Source: Candidatus Saccharimonadota bacterium
GTDB taxonomy: Archaea; Nanohalarchaeota; Nanosalinia; Nanosalinales; Nanosalinaceae
Assembly (NCBI RefSeq): GCF_047555085.1
Contig: NZ_CP180230.1
Location: 510,001 to 542,000, forward strand
Reading direction: 5' to 3'
Length of the DNA stretch: 32,000 nt
The notes beneath the pieces are model-generated. The model ran no database searches and had not been told where the DNA came from. It saw only the letters and a program-made list of their open reading frames with translations. This document shows, piece by piece, positions 26,864 to 32,000 of this stretch; position 1 is the first letter of the stretch, and every line of letters starts with the position of its first letter. A program made the position numbers and the translations under genes.

Positions 26864-28036
26864 TTAACGCCTCTTCTCCTGTTTCTTGTCCTTTTTCTTC
26901 CCGATGACGGTGTTAAGTTCATCGAGGACTTCATCCATGACTTCAAGCATGTCCCATCCGTCTGCCTGGACATTTGTGATGCCGTACTCTGAATAGAGCT
27001 TGGCATTGAACTCGTAACGGTGTTTCTTGCCGTCTTTCTCCGCTTTCTTGATATGGATCGTCAGTTCTTCAGGACTCTCAAGCTTTCTTCCAAGTGAGCC
27101 ACGGAGCTGTGTCCTTACTTTTTCATGTAAAGCTGCTTTTTCCTCAGGAACTTCTAGGCCTACAAGCTGGACAAGTACTGTGTTAGAGGCCTTGAGGCTT
27201 TCAAGGTGATCGATAAGATCTTTCGCAGTGACAATCGATTCAGGGTACTTACCATCGACGAATACAATCTCTCCTGAATCCTGATCTGTCATCATGCCGG
27301 CAGCTTTGTCGGCTTTCATGTGTTCCTCGCTTGTCGTCACTGTACGCTGCATCAATTCCTCTACAGGGATATCCGACATCTTGTCTTTCTCGTCTCCACC
27401 GGCGATATTGATCTCTTTCGTCCCGTGTCTTCCTCCTGAAGTTCCTCCAGAGTCAGGACTTTCCATAGGAATCATCGCCTTCAGAAGATCTGTACTGCGG
27501 ATGATACCTGTAAGATTCCCGTTCTTATCCACTACAGGAAGACGGGAGATATTATTGTCCAGCATCGTGTGACGTGTCTTTTCCAGAGAATCCTCCTCAA
27601 AGGCCTTTATAACATCCTGTGAAGCGAGATTTCCTGTTGAAACACTGGAGAATTCTTCAGTATCGCTTGCAATTTCAAGGAATTCTTTGTCACCGACTAC
27701 TCCCTGCACTTTTCCTCCTTTAACTCTTACAAGCAATTTTCGTCCAGAGTTAATCCTTAGATCAGCTAGATCAATCAGCGAATCATTTTCATCGTATTCT
27801 GGAGGCTGATGAAGCACCTTGCTTATCTTGGTCTTCTTTGGATTGAACTGGAGATGTCTGATAAGCTCTCTATATCCTATAGCTCCCTGGAATTCTTCAT
27901 CCTTGACAACGGGAACTGCACGGATCTCTTCTTCCTCCATCAAAGCTTTGATCTGTGCAAGATTTTTCTCAGCGGATACTGTTAGAGGATTTTCATTTTC
28001 GACGTCAGAGGCCTGAATGTTAGCTGCATTTTCCAT
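26864..28036 (-). CDS. 4xCBS (two Bateman modules) protein with C-terminal HPF/RaiA (S30AE)-like domain
   Basis: There are four CBS-like repeats (e.g. IRAVPVVKDEEFQGAIGYRELIRHL; ISRLPVVDKNGNLTGIIRSTDLLKAM). The last about 106 aa (26867-27184), VLVQLVGLEVPEEKAALHEKVRTQLRGSLGR...ELTIHIKKAEKDGKKHRYEFNAKLYSEYGITNVQADGWDMLEVMDEVLDELNTVIGKKKDK, follow the beta-alpha-beta-beta-beta-alpha pattern of hibernation-promoting factors. Confidence 0.75.
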   Translation of the reverse strand: MENAANIQASDVENENPLTVSAEKNLAQIKALMEEEEIRAVPVVKDEEFQGAIGYRELIRHLQFNPKKTKISKVLHQPPEYDENDSLIDLADLRINSGRKLLVRVKGGKVQGVVGDKEFLEIASDTEEFSSVSTGNLASQDVIKAFEEDSLEKTRHTMLDNNISRLPVVDKNGNLTGIIRSTDLLKAMIPMESPDSGGTSGGRHGTKEINIAGGDEKDKMSDIPVEELMQRTVTTSEEHMKADKAAGMMTDQDSGEIVFVDGKYPESIVTAKDLIDHLESLKASNTVLVQLVGLEVPEEKAALHEKVRTQLRGSLGRKLESPEELTIHIKKAEKDGKKHRYEFNAKLYSEYGITNVQADGWDMLEVMDEVLDELNTVIGKKKDKKQEKRR

Positions 28037-28051
28037 TTTTTTGTTACACCT

Positions 28052-28552
28052 CTAATCTACAAGGAACTTGTTCTGATCTTCATCCATATCGATGAATTTT
28101 GTAGCTGACTCTCTGATCTCCTTGGCAGATGAGCGTCCGAAGCTCATGACTTCGACACGGCATCCCATCGCCTTCAGGTGATCAACAAGAACTGCGAAGT
28201 CTCCGTCTCCTGTAACAAGGACGACTGTATCAAGCTTCTTTGCCTGCTGGATCATGTCTACTGACATTCCCAGATCCCAGTCTCCTTTCTTGTCACCGCT
28301 GTAGAACTCTTTCAACTCCTTGATCTTGACCTCGTAACCGATTTTACGCAGGGCCTCGAAAAAGTTTTCCTCATCAGGAGTATCTGCCTTGATAACGTAT
28401 GCAGATGCTCTTACAAGCTGCCTGTTCATCACAGCCTTGTCAAGAAGCTTCTTGAAATCAACTTTTGCATTATAGAGATTTTTAGCACTGTAGTACATGT
28501 TTTGGACGTCCACAAAGACGCCTACTCTTTGATCGTCGTGAATTTCAGTCAT
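28052..28552 (-). CDS. NYN domain (LabA/DUF88-like) putative RNase
   Basis: VGVFVDVQNMYYSAKNLY ... DTVVLVTGDGDFAVLVDHLKAMGCRVEVMSF is the NYN/LabA signature. It lies 15 nt upstream of the CBS gene on the same strand. Confidence 0.8.
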   Translation of the reverse strand: MTEIHDDQRVGVFVDVQNMYYSAKNLYNAKVDFKKLLDKAVMNRQLVRASAYVIKADTPDEENFFEALRKIGYEVKIKELKEFYSGDKKGDWDLGMSVDMIQQAKKLDTVVLVTGDGDFAVLVDHLKAMGCRVEVMSFGRSSAKEIRESATKFIDMDEDQNKFLVD

Positions 28553-28679
28553 TTTTCAAATCACTCTCAATAAAAGACCCTTGAAAAAAGGCCTATACCG
28601 AATTTTTAAGTCGAAAATTTTCCAATTTTCAAGGATAAAAACGACGGCGAGGCTTAAAAGTTAACCGATTCCTGAAAAA

Positions 28680-29345
28680 TCAGGAACCCTTCACAGAACT
28701 GACATGAAGGCCTTTACTTCCGACACCGTACAGATAACTGACTTCGCTTTCTGTCAGAGGCCTGTCATAAATCCGCAGTTCATCGATAAATCCATTGAAT
28801 CTTTCGTCATCAGAATACACTCCGCCGTCACGTCCTGTACTTCCGACAATAAAATCATCTCCAGGCGTGGTCCAGGAAGAACTCTGCATTGAGGCCTTGA
28901 GCTCTCCGTCTATATACAGTTTGACTTCTCCCGAAGATTTCCTCGTGACAACGGCGTGGTACCACTGATTCTCCGAGGCCCCGGCTTTTGATTCAAGATT
29001 CGTCCTGTCAAATCGGAAGACAAGATCATTCCCGCCGTCAATATAGTTTTTATCGAAGAGAAATCCCCATCCTGCCGTAGTATCAAATCCAAGAAGCCTG
29101 TCGTTATTATCAAGGCCTGTCCTGTTGTACCAGAAAGATATACTGAATTCTTCAGAATCAGAGAACTGGAAGTTAGGCCCGAGATTGACATAGTCAGTGA
29201 AGCTATCAAATCTGAAACAGTTCCCATTCAGAATCCCGGAACTATTTCTGGAGGTCACACTCAAGTCAGAACTACTGTAGTCGTTGCCGGAAAGATCCAG
29301 CAAATCTCCTTCAGACTGTTCAAAATTGTAGTATGCTCTGAGCAA
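28680..29345 (-). CDS. LamG/concanavalin-A-like domain protein
   Basis: 221 aa with a TTG start 7 nt after the upstream stop. Motifs: LRAYYNFEQSEGDLLDLSGND...FRFD...FSISFWY...WYHAVV...VKLYIDG...IDELRIYDRPLTESEVSYLY. Confidence 0.75.
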   Translation of the reverse strand: MLRAYYNFEQSEGDLLDLSGNDYSSSDLSVTSRNSSGILNGNCFRFDSFTDYVNLGPNFQFSDSEEFSISFWYNRTGLDNNDRLLGFDTTAGWGFLFDKNYIDGGNDLVFRFDRTNLESKAGASENQWYHAVVTRKSSGEVKLYIDGELKASMQSSSWTTPGDDFIVGSTGRDGGVYSDDERFNGFIDELRIYDRPLTESEVSYLYGVGSKGLHVSSVKGS

Positions 29346-29352
29346 AAAACTG

Positions 29353-30741
29353 TCACCTCGAATTTACTGTAAACTTCCTCAAGTCACGGCCTCTAGTCCC
29401 CCAACGATACAGCTCGAAGACTTCTGAAGGAGACAAGGCCTTGTCATAAATCCTGACATCATCAATGTCTCCATCCATGTATTCATCTCCACTTCGGTCT
29501 CCTATACTTGTTTTAGAGAACTGTTTCGTGTTTGGAGTATTGCCGTTTCCTCCGGAGGCTGCCCTACTGCCGTTCATATAAATACTCATTTGATAATCCG
29601 ACGGACGGCAAACAAAGGCAAGATGATACCATTCTGAATTAATGACAGTTTCAGGAGATGTAATATGAGAATTCTGGCCCGAATTAGAGTACCAGAACTC
29701 AGGTTTCTCGTTTTCATTTACACGTGTGTCCCACCAGGCATTAGCTCCATTTCCCGCCCATACAGTTTTCCTGGCTCCTGTACTTGAAGTATTCACCCAC
29801 GCAGAGACAGTTATCCCTGTAGAAGTGAAATCCTCCGAAAGACTGTTACCAGAATTAACGCTAACGAAGTCACCCTGAGATGAATTAAATCTCTTGGACT
29901 GACCTCTCACCCCGTTTGAATAACCAGTAGACGTCTGATCACTCGAAGAATAAGAACCCCACGAATCATCCACGTTCCCATCAAAGGCCCATCTCGAGAC
30001 TGCAGAAGGACTATTATCATTATTAAGAGGTCTCACATAGTCTCCATTGCCCCACTCGTAAAGCGTCTGGATTTCAGATTGAGAAAGAGACCGGTTGTAT
30101 ACCCTCATAGGGCCGCTTGTAAAATCTGTATATGTCTCTGACTTTCCATCCCCCTTGTTCCTTGCACCCATGAAGTATGCACAGTTCTCTGAATCATGAT
30201 CTGTCTGGAAGTTAGGCATTCCATCGAAGGCCTCAGAGGCCTTTTGTACACCATCTACAAAAAGCCTGATCTGTGATCCATCGCAAGTTACCGTTATATT
30301 GTACCATTTATCAGGATCTACAGATTCTCCTGTTGAAATATGATATCTCTGAGTTGAAGAACTACCTTCACCTCTATACGCTCTCAAGTATATACCGCCT
30401 TCAGCCCAAGTGCCATCATCTACACCTACAGAAATCGAATTATCATTACCGGCATTTGAACCATCATAATCCGTCACACCTTCCATTGTATTGGCCGTGG
30501 TATTTGGCTTGATCCATCTAGAGATGCTAAAACTACCTCCTGCAGAAATTAAATCATTCATAGATCCTATATTGACATATCCGCTATTCCCCTCGAAGCT
30601 TATTGCCTCAAGGCCTCCTTTACCAGCTACGCCCTGTGTAAGGCCTCCGTTCAGATTCCCGTGATTTCCGTTGCCAGAAAGATCATAGGCCTTTGATCCG
30701 GATTTTTCGTGTAGAGGCCACCAGCCAATCAATCCAGTCAT
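29353..30741 (-). CDS. tandem LamG-domain protein (two LamG modules)
   Basis: 462 aa. The first module runs LIGWWPLHEKSGSKAYDLSGNGNHGNL ... MRVYNRSLSQSEIQTLY and the second SRWAFDGNVDDSWG ... IDDVRIYDKALSPSEVFELY. It is Ser/Asn/Gly-rich and has no signal peptide. Confidence 0.8.
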   Translation of the reverse strand: MTGLIGWWPLHEKSGSKAYDLSGNGNHGNLNGGLTQGVAGKGGLEAISFEGNSGYVNIGSMNDLISAGGSFSISRWIKPNTTANTMEGVTDYDGSNAGNDNSISVGVDDGTWAEGGIYLRAYRGEGSSSTQRYHISTGESVDPDKWYNITVTCDGSQIRLFVDGVQKASEAFDGMPNFQTDHDSENCAYFMGARNKGDGKSETYTDFTSGPMRVYNRSLSQSEIQTLYEWGNGDYVRPLNNDNSPSAVSRWAFDGNVDDSWGSYSSSDQTSTGYSNGVRGQSKRFNSSQGDFVSVNSGNSLSEDFTSTGITVSAWVNTSSTGARKTVWAGNGANAWWDTRVNENEKPEFWYSNSGQNSHITSPETVINSEWYHLAFVCRPSDYQMSIYMNGSRAASGGNGNTPNTKQFSKTSIGDRSGDEYMDGDIDDVRIYDKALSPSEVFELYRWGTRGRDLRKFTVNSR

Positions 30742-30876
30742 CTCTACTTAATCTTTGTAGAGGCCTGTGTTAAATCTGTTTGCAGAGAAACGGGAAATTT
30801 TAGGAGAAAAATTGATGCAGTGTCCGAAAATCTCAATGAGATTTTCTTAAGCAAGCAAATGAGAAAATTTGCGGCC

Positions 30877-30893
30877 GAAGCAGTATCTGCTTC
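30877..30893 (-). terminator. hairpin downstream of tRNA-Gly
   Basis: GAAGCAG-TAT-CTGCTTC is a perfect 7 bp stem. On the minus strand it follows the T-rich stretch directly after the tRNA 3' end. Confidence 0.35.
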
Positions 30894-30919
30894 TCTGAGC
30901 ATCAAAAGAAATTTTTTGA

Positions 30920-30991
30920 TGCGGTGTCCGGGATTTGAACCCGGGTCGCGTGCATGGCAAGCACGAGTCGTAGCCACTGGACCAACACCGC
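30920..30991 (-). tRNA. tRNA-Gly (anticodon GCC), no encoded CCA
   Basis: Folded manually from the reverse complement GCGGTGTTGGTCCAGTGGCTACGACTCGTGCTTGCCATGCACGCGACCCGGGTTCAAATCCCGGACACCGCA. It has a 7 bp acceptor stem, a 5 bp anticodon stem with loop TTGCCAT, a 5 bp T stem with loop TTCAAAT, and discriminator A. Confidence 0.95.
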
Positions 30992-31024
30992 TTTCCTGTG
31001 TAAAGTAAGAAGTGGTGTTACTGT

Positions 31025-31033
31025 TTTAAATTA
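31025..31033 (-). promoter_or_regulatory. TATA-like box for tRNA-Gly
   Basis: TTTAAATTA lies 34-42 nt upstream of the tRNA 5' end. The same 9-mer recurs at 31073-31081. Confidence 0.4.
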
Positions 31034-31072
31034 AATGTGGAGGCCTGTAACATGTCAAGAAAATGCCGCTGA

Positions 31073-31081
31073 TTTAAATTA
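31073..31081 (+). promoter_or_regulatory. TATA-like box for the zinc-finger gene
   Basis: TTTAAATTA lies 22-30 nt upstream of ATG 31103, which fits a leaderless or short-leader archaeal transcript. Confidence 0.4.
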
Positions 31082-31102
31082 GATACGGGGTAAAAACTTT
31101 CC

Positions 31103-31342
31103 ATGCCTGAGACAAAGATGTCGAAATGTGTTTTCTGCGGGGAATCCGCAACAAAGAAAAACTCCGCCGGACAGCCGGTCTGTAACGAACACAAGGACGA
31201 CGATCCGAAGGAAGTTGCCTGTCCGGAATGCGGGATGCCGATGAAGATCAAGGAAGGCCGCTACGGATTCTTCTGGGGATGCGAAGGATACCCTCAGTGC
31301 GAGGAAACTTTCCAGGTAGAGGCCCTGATCGACGACGAATAA
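31103..31342 (+). CDS. stand-alone topoisomerase-type C4 zinc-finger protein
   Basis: 79 aa. CVFCGES...CNEH plus CPECGMPMKIKEGRYGFFWGCEGYPQCEETF matches the zf-C4_Topoisom pattern. Confidence 0.75.
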   Translation: MPETKMSKCVFCGESATKKNSAGQPVCNEHKDDDPKEVACPECGMPMKIKEGRYGFFWGCEGYPQCEETFQVEALIDDE

Positions 31343-31382
31343 AAAACAAAAACTTTTATTGTTACCTGTAGATAGTTACAGC

Positions 31383-32000
31383 ATGAGTGGTGCTGATTTC
31401 TTCGATACCAGGATGGAAACAGTAGATGACGTGGTTGAGAAGATGGATCAGTTCGAAAAATTTCTTGATGAGAGAGGCCTTGAAAGTTTCAGGCCTTTCC
31501 TGAGAGCATACAGAAAAATTACTCTGAAAGTGATTCAGGCCTCGGAAAAAGACGTCTTCGATAATCCGGGGAAGCTTGAGGAGCTTGATATCCGTTTCGC
31601 AGAGCCTTACTTTGAGGCAATGGAGAAATATTTTCTTGAAGGAGAGAAAAAACAGCCGTGGAAAGAATACCTGAATTACGTTGAGAGAGATGATTCAAGG
31701 CCTGTGCTGGAGCTTTTGCTTGGTATAAATGCACATATCAACGCTGATCTGGGCCAGGCGATGAAAGAAACTGATTACAGCGAGAGACAGGACTTCGAGG
31801 AGATAAACAGGATTCTTCTGGAGGCATTGATCCCTGTAATGGCCGATACAGCTGTACAGAGGAAAGATTTCGAGACACTGGGATTCCTGGGCGTACAGCC
31901 TGTAGCATTCCTGGGCCTGAAAAAAGTAGTTCAATGGAGAGAACAGGCCTGGAAGAACAGAAATAAGGACATCACGGTACTGAGAAAAGAAACAGAGAGG
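31383..32000 (+). CDS. DUF5995-like protein, C-terminus outside window
   Basis: Not in the ORF track because there is no stop within the window. The frame is open from ATG 31383 to 32000 (206 codons). FLRAYRKITLKV ... FAEPYFEAM ... QPWKEY ... LLLGINAHINADLGQAM resembles the DUF5995 motif set, as recalled from memory. Confidence 0.55.
   Translation, partial: MSGADFFDTRMETVDDVVEKMDQFEKFLDERGLESFRPFLRAYRKITLKVIQASEKDVFDNPGKLEELDIRFAEPYFEAMEKYFLEGEKKQPWKEYLNYVERDDSRPVLELLLGINAHINADLGQAMKETDYSERQDFEEINRILLEALIPVMADTAVQRKDFETLGFLGVQPVAFLGLKKVVQWREQAWKNRNKDITVLRKETER

Larger units (their letters stand above)
1..32000. repeat. Dispersed hyper-abundant palindromic hexamer AGGCCT (about 128 copies by manual scan)
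   Basis: Line-by-line visual count. Copies lie in all three codon phases on both strands and in most intergenic spacers (e.g. 1256, 7470, 11230, 12827, 15571, 17451, 25790, 28588, 30761, 31041). There is a tandem pair at 10361 and 10368. The count may be off by a few. Confidence 0.85.

Noticed and set aside
28553-30919. Integrated element bounded by an att repeat of the tRNA-Gly 3' end
   Set aside because: No copy of the tRNA 3' segment (e.g. GGATTTGAACCCGG) was noticed elsewhere in the window, and there is no integrase. This cannot be excluded without a computed repeat search.
30744-31008. 77 aa (-) and 62 aa (+) ORFs spanning the tRNA-Gly locus
   Set aside because: They overlap a well-folding tRNA gene and its promoter and terminator region, and there is no coding signal.
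31018-31934. Minus-strand ORFs 31018-31251, 31519-31734 and 31695-31934
   Set aside because: They are antisense to the zinc-finger gene and to the DUF5995-like gene, both of which have recognisable motifs. Their compositions are not acidic.
1-32000. CRISPR array, diversity-generating retroelement, transposase/IS or rRNA
   Set aside because: No regularly spaced direct repeats, reverse-transcriptase motifs, template/variable repeat pair near the LamG genes, terminal inverted repeats or rRNA-like segments were observed.

Overview
This is a gene-dense window (about 93% coding, about 39 protein genes and 1 tRNA). The proteome is strongly acidic (Asp/Glu-rich), genes are short and intergenic spacers are tiny. 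A/T-rich TATA-like boxes, a tRNA without encoded CCA and a PIN-ATPase-KH gene point to a small-genome halophilic archaeon. A nanohaloarchaeal/DPANN-type origin is plausible, but that is inference only. Recognisable genes include an nrdR-nrdJ operon (class II ribonucleotide reductase), a PIN/ATPase/KH protein, a DUF389 membrane protein and a NYN-domain protein followed by a 4xCBS protein with an HPF/RaiA-like C-terminus. Others are an LUD-domain protein, a VOC/glyoxalase-like protein, an enolase-superfamily protein, a metallophosphoesterase, a secreted PKD + glycerophosphodiesterase protein, a topoisomerase-type zinc-finger protein, tRNA-Gly(GCC) and four LamG-type genes in two tight pairs at the two ends of the window. 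About half of the ORFs are acidic orphans. The most striking signal is not a gene. The palindrome AGGCCT occurs about 128 times by manual count (about 1 per 250 bp, against about 6-8 expected), in all codon phases and in nearly every intergenic spacer. A few patches lack it: a low-GC two-gene membrane islet at 18.5-19.4 kb, the secreted-protein operon at 4.8-7.4 kb and the nrdR region. Other leads are the NYN + CBS-HPF-like operon, a family of three minimal kinase-like ORFs, a frameshifted TraB/GumN-like gene, a secreted protein ending in an HU-like fragment, and a recurrent AGGCCTCTACA 11-mer enriched in intergenic DNA. No CRISPR array, transposase, integrase or rRNA was seen. All functional calls rest on motif recognition by eye and need database or structure confirmation.
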